A stretch of DNA of 63,587 nt, counting the filler, from Choristocarpus tenellus KU-1152 (lineage: Eukaryota; Protista; Phaeophyceae): the NCBI GenBank assembly GCA_964200185.2. It is 9 parts of 9 records of this genome, joined end to end, with 100 filler letters (N's around TTAATTAATTAA, not from the genome) between each part and the next. Parts side by side here need not be neighbours in the genome. Positions count along the whole stretch, not along the records: positions 52,000 to 55,491 come from CAXNAD020019662.1; positions 55,592 to 59,159 come from CAXNAD020019213.1; positions 59,260 to 63,587 come from CAXNAD020015100.1; 6 more parts are not named here. The stretch is one strand, 5' to 3'. Position numbers and translations under genes: made by a program. This document shows positions 52,146 through 63,587 of the stretch, in pieces (within the stretch, counting starts at the first letter, position 1; each line of letters begins with the position of its first letter). A model generated the notes under the pieces. The model saw nothing but the letters and a program-made list of their open reading frames with translations, was not told the DNA's origin and did not search any database.

Positions 52146-55100
52146 ATGGTATCATTGTTGGAAACTGGTGTGGTAGTGGGGAGTGGGTGAGGATGGTCAC
52201 AGTGTTAGTGAAAGCTGAGGGGACGATAAAAGACAGTTTGAGGTTTTGAAGCATCAGAGTGCAGTACATCATTCTTGTAGTACAAAGGTACTGTTACGAG
52301 GTGCATGGGGTAAATTGGAAAGGGGTGAGAAAGAGTGTTGGCGAAACGTATGTTTGTACTTGTACAGGCGTTTCCAAGCAAGCAAGCAAAGTGCGAGGTG
52401 TATTTTTTTTATACTCCTGCGATTTGCGCTTACCCAACAAACAAGGTGTGACTGATGAACGTGTTCCGTCTTTTTTTGTAGGGAATGATACACTCATACC
52501 TATGCACACTCGGCCACCCTCCCAACCCACTTACCTCTTTTTTTTATTTATATTTTTTATTTTTACAGTTAGCGAGAGAGAACAGGGATGCATTGGTGAT
52601 GTGTTTGTTGAAACTTGACTACGGTAGGACAACTGTACCTTCTGCCAGTGATGGCAAGGCGACCTCACTGGTAGGCCTCGTGGGCAAGGTAGTGCTGGAT
52701 GGTGTTGTAGGCCTGCCTGGACATGGGTTGCGTGCCTTTTTGCTTTGAGTTGTAAGAAGAAGAGGCGCCAGGGCAACAAGAGGCAAGCCTCCTCCTACAT
52801 AGAGGTTCACCACCGCCAAATTATAATTAGTGCCTAGTTATTAGAAGTTCATTAGCCGAGAAGAGTAACAATGAGAGGACTGACCGATTGGTGAGGTGGG
52901 GTAGCCTGCAGTTTGCGATCGTAGTTGTGTTGTTACTGAAAGAAAGGTGTAGCACGGACTGAAATCACTTACTTTGATTTGGGTTTTTTGGTAGCTAGCT
53001 GTCTCTCTTTGAAGTCAGTTGGAGTTAGGGAGGCTGTGTTCAAGGATGTGAGTGAAGGAGAAAATAGCCTGACCGGAATGAATACACACCTCTAGTATTG
53101 TCCATATATAATGATGGGAAGAAGCAAGAAAGGGAAGGTAGGGGGGAAGTCAATGGATAGAATAGTGGGTGGAGAGGAGGAATGGATGTGTGCATGTAGT
53201 GGGAGTGCATGAATGAGTGATGAGTGTTTTGCTTTCGTTTTTGTTGCTATTTGCAAGTTAGCATACATCATACATACCGTAGCTCTAAAATGACTGCTGC
53301 TCCTCAAGCATTTTACATGGATTGGATATATATATATATTACCAATACTACTACCACCAGCATCATACATGTTTTTGTTAGAAGGCACTGCAAAAACGTT
53401 TTGCATGGGAACCTCACACCCCGCAAAGGGCTGTGTGTGACCTATGGTGTGATACGTACATATCCATATGGCATACTATTATGTTATATACATATTTGTG
53501 GCTCTTTCTGTAGAGACGTTTGAAGTGTTGCGGGGTTGGATAGAGTTAGTGGGAGGTTCTCATTCTACCACAGGAGGCCAGAGCAATAGAGGGAGACCTA
53601 AAGCAAGGATCACAAGCAAGACTTGGCCCCCACCTGGGTGCCTTGTTTTATAAGCCATGGGGAGGCCTGCATCTTTCAAATTTCCGTAGTAGTGGTGGGC
53701 AGTACCAGATCCACCCAGATTTGAGGCCGCAAGGCTGTGACCAGGTCTTGACAATTTGGTCAGAATTCGTGCAGACAGAACGTTTTTCAAGTTTTGTGGG
53801 GCAACATTAACTGGGACCCCAGAGGGAATGTAACTGCTACTACTACTGTGTACAACATCTGTACGGAATACGTAGTAATCTTCTTGTGCAATTATCTTAA
53901 GCTACTGCCATACTCCTGTTGAAATAGTACTGCTGTGCTCTGTGTGATGAGTGTGTGCTCCGTCATCTCCCTGGCCAAATATACCTACTATTCCTACAGT
54001 ACAGCATGTATGCATTACGTAGACGTTGCTGTATATGAGACTCTACGAAACAGTACGAACAGGGTATCATATACTCGGAATAAATTACCAGCATTGTAGA
54101 GATGGGCAACAACAGTGCACTATCCCCATACACCACATTCCCACACAACACGACCTACCCTTTAATTGTGGATAGTGGCTTAACACCATGGAGTAGTGCC
54201 CCACTGCCCGTAGCCTATTCCCTCACCACTCTCCAGTTGTTTTTCCTTCAGTATGTTGTGAACGACCTGGCTGGGTACTACTACTACTACTACTGCTGTC
54301 CACTATCTGGTACATTTTTTTAAAATATTAGTTGTCCCATTATTAGTTTGGGATGGTCCCGACCAGTGGTCAGAGGAACTACACACTGCACTACTTCTCA
54401 TTTCTCACCACTAACTGTTGCACTATAACTAATTGTACTGCCTCCACTCCTGCCTTACTTTTCATGCGTTGGGTCCAGCACTCCTACCACTTATCGCTCT
54501 GTCTCCTACCTCCAATATTCTGCTGGACCTGGCTTTAACTTTCCACTTTGATCTTGATCTCTAGCATTTTTTTTTGTGGTATGTCTGTGGCTATCATAGC
54601 CGCAGACAGGATGGTAAGAGTACAATCCTTTGTGCCTGCTATGTGGAAAAGTACATTGGAAACCAGATTTCGTGAAAAGAAGTCCGGCAGTATTGAAGGG
54701 GGTCAAACCCACTAAATTCATTCAAGTACCGACCACAAAGGATCATGTAGCACCTCCAAGTACCACCCATCCCTCCTGAGTGCCGACAATTTCTCATTAA
54801 ATTAGAGGGAAATTTTGGCGGTGTAGTCATTGTTCTGTTAGGAGCATTGCCACTACCAAAACCTCCAATTAGGCCTCAAAATCGTCGGCCCAACGATTTT
54901 TCGGCTATGTTTATTTGGTACCCTCCCACTAGTATACAAAAATGTCCGCTGGAGAATTGTGCCCTACGAACCAATTGCAAGGAGGGTATAAGATATTCCC
55001 TGGCGAAACACACTGCTACTGACACTCAATACTTCAAACAGGACATAATTATTGTTGTAACTCTACAACAGGTTCTATATCACAGTATGGTAAAATGGGG

Positions 55101-55265
55101 AAAAACAATCGGTTTGGTGCTGTGTCCTTCCAATCTCAAACACTACTGATCACATAATGTAATATGAAACAAGGGAAAGAGGAACGCAAAAGAAAAAGCA
55201 AACCCAGAAAGAGGCGGTTCGAAAGCAGCATTCAGCAGGCAGTGGTGAGTGATAAACTGTACTGT

Positions 55266-55420
55266 GAGCCAAAGTATCTTAGAGGGTAGGTCCGTGTCCA
55301 TTTGGGGGCCAAAATCCAATGTTACGATTTTGATATAATTTTGGCTATTGCGTTTGTTAGGAGGTGTCAATCTTCTTGTTTCGGATACATCTTTTAATAA
55401 CATGCACATTTTTCCTACTA
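55266..55420 (+). mobile_element. MITE family A, left half only
   Basis: gagccaaagtatcttagagggtaggtccgtgtccatttgggggccaaaatcc..., diverging after tttcctact. Confidence 0.8.
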
Positions 55421-55806
55421 ACAGAGGATTTTCAAAATTGGGGATGGAGCGGGACTACGAGGATGGTTGTTTTGCGAAAACGGTCTTAAAANNNNNNNNN
55501 NNNNNNNNNNNNNNNNNNNNNNNNNNNNNNNNNNNTTAATTAATTAANNNNNNNNNNNNNNNNNNNNNNNNNNNNNNNNNNNNNNNNNNNNGTAGAAAAG
55601 GATAAATATAGATCTATATTTTAATTAAAGCTCAACAGGAATCCCCCAACCTAACCCTAAACCCAACCATCATCCTTCAATAGTTTTACAACAAGTGGTC
55701 TCTGACAGCCACATCATCCACCTATAGTTGGAAACGAGAGGTTTATGACCATGATAGCATAGACGTTGCCTAGGTAGGTCTTCCTCACCATTCGTACACT
55801 CACGTC

Positions 55807-56145
55807 GAGTTAAAGTATCTTAGAGGGTAGAGCCGCGTCCATGCTACAGCGCGCCCCCGAAAGCTTACCTCCACAGGATGTATAGCTCCAATCTACGGGC
55901 CTATAGATGATACTGATGCACGTATAGGACTGCTGATGCACAAGTCGTCAAGTATGCTGGATCTCTCGCTTGGATTATCATCAATATCATCGTATGAAAA
56001 GGAACTGATCTATGATATCTTATCACAATCGGGGACCATAATGACCAAATAATAAATAGTCAAGAAGTACAAATATATCAAATCTAGAACTTCAATGTCA
56101 AAATGGTGTTTATGAAACCGCCATCAAGATATATCGCCTGTAACA
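55807..56145 (+). mobile_element. MITE A left end (55807-55841) fused to a family C element (55842-56145)
   Basis: gagttaaagtatcttagagggtagagccgcgtcca|tgctacagcgcg...atatcgcctgtaaca. Confidence 0.75.
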
Positions 56146-56485
56146 GAACTAGGACTACTTCGCCAGAACAGGAGGATGTCCATGCACGATGAGGTAGGTA
56201 TCAAGCCAAACTTCACTGCCACACCAAGAGGTTGTCAACGGTGAACTGGCAACCCTCGCGCCAATGCTTCAACCTGTTTAAACCCAGAACTCCTCACCTA
56301 CTCTCCATGCTGCCTTAAACAAACAACCTACTTCGGTTCCTGTGAAATATGGACCGCGTTCATTCCAAATAGTAATGTAGCAAAACCCGTTCGACCAGTC
56401 ACATCCATTCCCCAGGATGTGCTTCAACCCCCACTTGCTTTAGCGACAGATAGGTCGAGCGATAGAAGTCGACACCGTTCAGGCA

Positions 56486-56661
56486 GACACAAAGTATCTG
56501 GGGAGGGAGGGGTCTACATCAGGGTGTCCATTGGACCATAACCAGGAAAAGTGCACTTACATTATCCATCCGACGTATGCAACCAAATCACCCAAAAATT
56601 GTGACATAAAAAAGTTGGCCCCAAATGGACAGCCGCCCACCCCCCCCAGATACTTTGAATC
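56486..56661 (+). mobile_element. MITE family B copy
   Basis: gacacaaagtatctgggg ... cccccccagatactttgaatc, TSD GCA. Confidence 0.87.
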
Positions 56662-58789
56662 GCAAAGACCTACCTCCATCGCTCAATCCACTGACAAATG
56701 TCCTGGGGAGGGTTGAAATAGACGGAAGCTAGTACGGGCTATGGCAGACAGTTCTTTCGTCACAGGGGTGCCCACTAACCACGCTGAAGACGGTTTGAAT
56801 TTGCTCATCACCTTCGGGTGGCATTTTTTTTTTTGCATTTCTTCTGGATGAGTGATGAATTTACTTTTGCGCACTCTGATTTTCGTAGCGTATTTTCTTA
56901 CCATTGTCGGAGGAGGCATCATAATGAATCTCATTCCGTGCAAACACCCTAATGTCAAGGTGGATATTAATACAACAGTTAATCTGATCGAATTTGAGTA
57001 AACGAGAGAAAATCATGTACCTCTACTCCCATAGAGAGAGGTACTGCACACATATACCTCTCAGATTCGGACCTGGAGAACAACGAGCTTGACAAGTTAG
57101 TTCCTTAGATTTACCTTAGGGACACCATCAGCGATGACGCTCTCATGCAACCACCAAAATTAGGCGACTGCGATACTTTAAAACGATGTTCCCGAAGTAA
57201 ATTCAAGTAATTCAACACAACGTATCTCTTTAGCGTAAGATCGGAATCCTCAAGGCTAAAGTATTTGAGGTCCATGTTCATCTGGACAGGATGATACAAC
57301 TCCTGCATTGTCAGTCCTACAGGATTATAGTAAGACGATGATGCCCTGAAGGTTAACAAAAACTTTCCACTATACCAGTCACTTGCATTCTTTTTTTTCG
57401 TGAGAACCAAATTATTCAGGGATAAACTTTGACATCATTCCTCAGGTCGGGGAATGTAAAGACAAAATCGGGAATTTTTTGAAAATCAAACGTTTTTATA
57501 CCATCACGGTATGACAGAGACACGATTCAGAAAACGACAACTACCTCTAACCCTAATACATAAAGTCAGAGGGCAAAATAATATGTATAACAAAATAGTA
57601 GAAAAAGTTGTTGACAGATCAGAAAAGCCTGTCATCTGCTGACTCCGAACTATTGCCCACAATGCGTAATATAGTAAGAGCTTCAACCCTATCATCACGC
57701 CATTGCAGTGGTCAAGGAAAAAAAACGCCTGTCCTTGTCCTAGAAAGAATAAGAAAGTTTTGTAAGATGAGGTGTCACCACAATATCCTAACATATCATC
57801 ATCAGTGTGGAACATTGGGGATCCTGCCAATAGTCCAAATGCCCTTTTGAGGAATGTCATTTTCAATGCTGCTAAATATTCAACAGTACTCATTCTGCAC
57901 TTGACTTGATGATTTTCACATCAAAGACCCTAACAAAAAGGGGTGTTATAAACACAGTTGTAGAAGACGCCTTTTTCTCAATATAGTGCTTGAAACTAAT
58001 TGGAGGTGTGGATAATATTGTCTAAAGACCCTTTCCTTCACCAAAATGGAACATTAAATGTTTCATAAGCAACATGGAAAACCATAGGGTCCTGTCCATG
58101 AAATATTATTTCCTCATCACAAACGTGCAAACTAGGGTATTGTTCATGAAATACTCTTACCCAATAATAAGTATACCCAACAAGGTACTCTATGTCACAA
58201 TCTCTCTAACTGAGACACACCACTCATTGTTGCATAGCTCTTCCCAGTTTGATCCCCATACGTCAAAATGTCCCTCTTTGAAGATTCTAGGCATGCTGGA
58301 CCCATCCGTCGTGTGGTGCCCTTGATCTCCGTTGCAAAAGAAGTGACATCTTCAACTTGTTAACCGCTGTCCACTCTATCTACATGTTCAATGAAATACT
58401 CTGAGTACCCAGTCCTCTCCCCTTATTCGTATTGTCACGTTTTCTTGACAGGGGTACTTGTTGGGGAAGAGACAAAAACACGTTGCATGCAATAGTCATT
58501 TTGATGGAAAAGTAGTTGTCAGGCATGTTCAGGGTAGTACAGGAATACATTTTATCAACCTATATTTACATGGCTTAATGTTTTCCTCCGGATCTCATAA
58601 TTGTTGTTTTAAGTCCTTTTCCTCATTATCTCAATGGTCTCATATACATCATTATCTCCATTTGCTTCGGAACGGATCGTCCATTTGATGAAGCCCATTA
58701 CAGTAGGTTACCCGATTTTGTTCACCCGTGCGCATGCCCGAAAAAATCGGAATAAAATCGACGTATTTTGTACCACTTGGTACAAAACC

Positions 58790-59048
58790 GGGAAATCAAT
58801 CGTTGAATCGAGTAATTAATCGTGGCGAGCTGGAAAATCAACCGTGGAAGCGACTGATTAATTGTGGTGAGCTGGGAAATCAATCGTGAAATCGACTAAT
58901 TAATCGTGGCGAGCTGGAAAATCAACCGTGGAAGCGACTAATTAATTGTGGTGAGCTGGGAAATCAATCGTCGAAGCGACTCAGTAATTGTGGTGAGCTG
59001 GGAAATCAATCGTCGAAGCGACTGATTAATCGTGGCGAGCTGGGAATC
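58790..59048. repeat. 42-bp tandem repeat, six copies
   Basis: Units start at 58790, 58832, 58874, 58916, 58958 and 59000. Consensus ggraaatcaaycgtnraakcgastrattaatygtggygagct. No spacers. Confidence 0.93.
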
Positions 59049-59259
59049 ATAAGCTTCATGGATAGGATGGAAACGATTACGAGTGCTTGTTTTTAATGAT
59101 GTTTATGTGTTAATGCGCTTCTTCCACCTCGCCATAAGGAAAGAGAATACTGTATGTACNNNNNNNNNNNNNNNNNNNNNNNNNNNNNNNNNNNNNNNNN
59201 NNNTTAATTAATTAANNNNNNNNNNNNNNNNNNNNNNNNNNNNNNNNNNNNNNNNNNNN

Positions 59260-62200
59260 CCGCCACAGGTTCCCAGCTTACGTCTTTAACCCGCTTCTGT
59301 TTCCCAGTTCGCCCGGATCTATCACCAGCACGTATGTAGCCTTCTACAAAACTACTTTCCCGTACTTGTCAAGGGTCATAAACGCGGCGTTGTCATGTGT
59401 GTGGTCACTGGTCGGCCGAAGCCAGTGAAGATCGACCCCACGCTCCCCTTCCTCGCCGACACGCTCCGCTAGGATCTTGCCGACCAAGAGCGGCGCCTCC
59501 GTTGCCACAAAAAGGCAAATCTGCCTTCCTGCACGGAGACGAGATTTCCATGGTTTGCCGATGTCAAGGTAGCACGAGGCCAACCCCGTCTACGGGAGCC
59601 AGCTTCTTCCTTGTCACTGTCCGATGAGGAAGAGTTTGTTTCCTTGAGCCCGCCGAGATCATTGTCACCACTGACGAGATTATCTCCTCCACCCGAACGT
59701 TCACCCTGGTCGGTGTCTTCGACGTCGCTGGTACCAGTTCCAGCCCCATCGTCATCGGTGGGAAGCCAATGGACTGGGAGGTCGAACTCTCGTTCCCCTG
59801 TCTTTTTGAGAAGTTGCACAGACTAGTCTCGCTCGTATTTCGCTCTCTGAACGGCTTCATTGTCTGCGAAGGTGGAATCCATGAGCACGAGAACATCAAC
59901 GGTATGGAAGCATGAATGTTACTTTGTAACCAGGCGTGAGGTTTCACAAATGCACTCGGGGAGCATGCAGTGAGAGGGAGGGTGTATATTTCGTCGGATT
60001 CGTGTCTGTTGAGTACAAGACCGGTACCCTCATAACATTTATCGTGGGTAATCTATAGTACTTTTTTATTGAACATGTGACGATCACTACACATGAGAAT
60101 GGAATATTTTTCAAGATTGTTTATGTAAAGGCTGTAAAGGCTGCCTCGTACAGAAGTTGCACCAGATTTTTTTGGCTGCCACCGAATACCAAAATTAGCC
60201 ATCAACTCCCCTCACGAAAATATCGACTTACCCAATTGGTATGCAGCAGCAAGGCACTCTTGCGATGCCTGGTACCGTTGCTCCACCTTCAGGATGACGT
60301 CTTCGGGAACGCTCTTGAGCTGGTAGGGTGGTGCACCTTGGGTACAAGGCGGGTGGCCGATGAAGAGGTCGTGTGGAGGGGCGTTGGGGTCGATAGCAAG
60401 GTCTCCGCCTATCCCACTCCATTCGGTGCTGTGCATGTATTGCTTCACGCTAACCTTAACCCGCCCATCACCGCCTTTTTCAACGCGAAAAGACCTGTAG
60501 CTCGTGATGTTGGGGACACGGTTGACGCGACTGCGAAGGAGTCCCTTGAAGTTGCCCTCGTTCCGTAGGGTCTTGCAGTATACTGGAACCTCCGTGTAAG
60601 AAGCCTGCAGCTCTTCACCCAGCTGTGTTCTTGTGAATATGTTCTTCCCTTTTATACCACGTGAGAACCTGAAGGTGAAATGCAAGCAAGTTAATTTTGA
60701 GGCGGGGGCGAAAGAAGCGAAGTGGAGAAGCAATGCATATATGCAGGCACATGCTCCGATGCATGCATATGGAAGTATAGATATAAAAAGGGGTGATGCG
60801 TACATTTTGTTATTGTCTTGTTTCGAGAGTATGTTACGAAACAGTTTTGGCAGCTGCTCTTATCGTTCAATTTTGTTGTGGTGAAATCAAAAGCCAAATC
60901 ATCAATTATAGTGTATGACCATAAACCTTCCATGGATGCAAGAAGCGTGAGCTGCAAGCCTCAAGGCAGTATCTGAACGTATCAAAACACTATGTGGCTA
61001 TCGGACTTGTATATCTTGCCTAATTACCTAGAGAAGATCTGATCGATTTTGATGTGCATGTGCCTGACCATCATAAAATGTATCTCGACCACACGAATGA
61101 CACTCGCTGCGACCAACAGCCCCGCATATCCGAGAAAGAAATTGTTCTTGTTCCCTGAGACGCAGTTGTCGACCTGGCCAGTTTGGGGAGTTGGGAGCGA
61201 GGGAGGGATAGGGGTGAGGCTGATATGTCAGCCCATTTCGCCGCGTTTCGTGGAGGAACAGGGTATGTTTCCAGTATTGCTAGAGCGCAAGCTCTACATC
61301 ACCGCCATCATACATGCAGGTTGCAACGCACAAACCAAAACTAAAGACCGTGCAGTTAGTTACTTGGTGACCGGTATTCAGCGAGTATGTGTTGAGTAGG
61401 TCGTGTCAAGATGAAACTTTCTTACCTGCCAATGCGCGTACTGGACGATGCAACTCCCCACTTCATCGAGGCTGTAGTGGTACTTGTCGATAAGCCTTGT
61501 GAGGGCAAGGTGGGTGGCTGTGCAGACAAGGTTACAAGCTGCGTGAACGATGATGTCCGTCGTTAGTTGGCAAATAGTACAATGCTAACTTACGCATTGT
61601 TTAATTGGAGCTAAAAAGAGGGGTAATGTAATTTGTTTATGCAATGTAGAGCAAATATAATAATCTTCGTAAATCCGCCAGGAGCATCATTCTGTTCGGG
61701 CCTCGCCGCCGTTTGCAGAAGCGGCAAAGGAGGCGAATCTACCATCATCATCATCATCATCATCACGAAGCGCTTTAGACATACGAAGTACACACTATTG
61801 CTACCAATGTCAGACCGGGTCCGGGGCCGCAGAGTAGGTGTACACGGCGTTGCAATAACAGTTATTGTGTCTTCCTTCGAAAAAGCGATGAAGAGTATCA
61901 TCATCGACATTGTAGTCTCGACATAGCAAACGAAAAAAATAGCCCTTGGTACGAATCTTCACATGTTCTTTTAACCATAACATCAGACCGGCTAAAGTAA
62001 TAAACATGCAACACTCGAAATACTACTTCGATTCACTTCTTCTACGTACTGCTGGGTCACACGGTTTGGAACTAACTCCAACACAGGGTGCAGCCAACAT
62101 CTCCATAACCAAGGGCAAAACCTACCTCTTCGTTCGCGGCGTAAATCACAATTGTGGACTTGTGAGGCATGAACTGCCCGTATGTATCAGCCCAGTAGTC

Positions 62201-63145
62201 TATCCAGGACATCACCAGGTCTCGTTTCGGAGCCATGTCCTTATCTTTGTGTAGTAGCGCACGTATGTATATAAATGGATGGGAGATGTGTTGGAGGTGT
62301 ATACAAGGGACGGGGGATGGAATCCTAGAGGGATCGTATGCCAGCAGTGGATCTCTAATTCTGTATATATTTATGCGTGGTAACTGCTGCAGTAGCGCGG
62401 GGACGGCCGGATGAGATGATCTTTGGGCAGCATAAAAAAACATATTGCACGTGTATATACGCACATAGCACATAACACCACGCTGGAGGGATCTCTAACT
62501 TTGTGTATCAGACATCTAGGCGTGGTAACTGCAAACTGAATGTGGTGAGTACGGTTGGATGACATTGTTCTGAGATAGGACTACTGTTCAATCATCAAGC
62601 AGGGGGGAGAATATACTGGGTACAAATAACACTGTGTACATACGTCAAACCCAATTCTCCACTCCGGTGGATGCTCTTGCGTTAGGTGTGCCTTTGCAAG
62701 CGTCGATGACATGATTGGATATTCCGAACGATGCCTTGAAAAACTGCATACAGACGGGAATGCCGGCCACGAGCATAGATCCGCCTCCAGGTCCCAATAT
62801 TATCACAGGTACACAATTGCCAACGAAGTGCTTGCAATTGCGGCGGTTCTCACACGCCCGGATGATGTCCTGCTCTTTGGCCAACGTGCGTGCAAGGAAG
62901 GACTCGCTATCTGCCGCAAACTTCTTCACTCAGGCTAAGCGCTTGCAGTAGTCACCCTGTTCGTTGACGGGGATGGGTTCAGCCCATCCTCGGCAAAGCT
63001 TGGCGACGGTCGCTGAAGCGTCATTGGTAGAAAGCTCCAGCGCATCATTGTTGGTGGGCTGGTGAGGGGGCAACACAGGGGGAGACGCAGGTGACAAAAG
63101 ACACCCCCTTGCTGTGGAAGCAACTGTCATGATGTTTTCAGTCAA
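59260..63145 (-). pseudogene. Intron-containing Sola/DUF7869-like DDE transposase pseudogene
   Basis: Spliced minus-strand exons: ~61555-61426 (...NLVCTATH...YAHWQ), 61173-61028 (VDNCVSGNKNNFFLGYAGLLVAASVIRVVEIHFMMVRHMHIKIDQIFS), 60668-60232 (RFSRGIKGKNIFT...SFRVEK...VKQYM), and ~59862 to the contig end. Upstream blocks include VCMQFFKASFGIS, WIDYWADTYGQFMPH and HVKIRTKG. In-frame stops at 62930 and ~59823, plus frameshifts. Confidence 0.8.
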
Positions 63146-63204
63146 CAGGCGGTCTTGGGCAGTGAGAAGGTCTAGGAGTGATTAGATTCGAAGGTGGGCG
63201 TATG

Positions 63205-63515
63205 AACTTTGTTTGAGCTCCGGGCTAACCGTAGGACCACCCTAAGATCCATATCCTGAAAATCCGTGTATAACGTTTTTAGGAAGTTGTAAATCCGATA
63301 ATATCCGTACTTACAAATTGTTTAAAATACAAATCACATACTTCATTGTACGTTTCCAATGTTCCGAAACCAACTTTGTTTGAGCTCCGGGCTATCCGTG
63401 GGACCACCCTGAGATCCATGATCCTGAAAATCCGTGTATAACGTTTTTAGGAAGTTGTAAATCCGATTATATCCGTACTTACAAATTGTTTAAAATACAA
63501 AGCACATACTTCATT
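63205..63515. repeat. Direct repeat, two ~144-bp copies at 167-bp period, upstream of the transposase
   Basis: 63205-63347 and 63372-63515 are nearly identical (aactttgtttgagctccgggcta...cacatacttcatt). Confidence 0.92.
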
Positions 63516-63587
63516 CAGAGGATGAGACCGAATTTCAAGGTCTTGGCTCTAATCTCATAACAGATCAGTAAATCCAGTACAGTACAC

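Noticed and set aside
57700-58330. Ulp1/C48 protease remnant on the minus strand
   Set aside because: Only vague similarity (LCNNEW; NVP...YCG) that needs multiple frameshifts. It is not supportable without a profile search.
58790-59048. CRISPR-like array
   Set aside because: Units are directly adjacent with no unique spacers, there are no cas genes, and the context is eukaryotic.

Overview
Eukaryotic, intron-rich DNA, inferred to come from a photosynthetic stramenopile (most likely a brown alga or close relative). The window is not one continuous locus. Nine contigs are joined by eight artificial 100-nt linkers (N44-TTAATTAATTAA-N44), so synteny across linkers cannot be trusted. Most of the six-frame ORF track is noise, and the real genes had to be rebuilt by hand from splice sites. 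Host genes: a heterotrimeric G-protein alpha subunit (7 exons, atypical G5 motif, last exon not found); the 3' half of a D-3-phosphoglycerate dehydrogenase; the 3' end of a CRAL-TRIO/SEC14 gene; a small MORN protein with one 69-nt phase-0 exon per repeat; and three exons of an RCCR/ferredoxin-dependent bilin reductase-like gene. Decayed or mobile sequence: a multi-exon OTU-protease pseudogene; a complete TA-flanked mariner with a nested insertion; an intron-containing Sola/DUF7869-like DDE transposase pseudogene; a head-to-tail stack of 5'-truncated CRE-like (RLE) retrotransposon copies; and at least five MITE-like families. Two of those families share an AAAGTATCT terminal core but make 4-bp versus 3-bp target-site duplications. 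Inactivating mutations fall repeatedly at CpG, suggesting cytosine methylation. No rRNA, tRNA or CRISPR array is evident.
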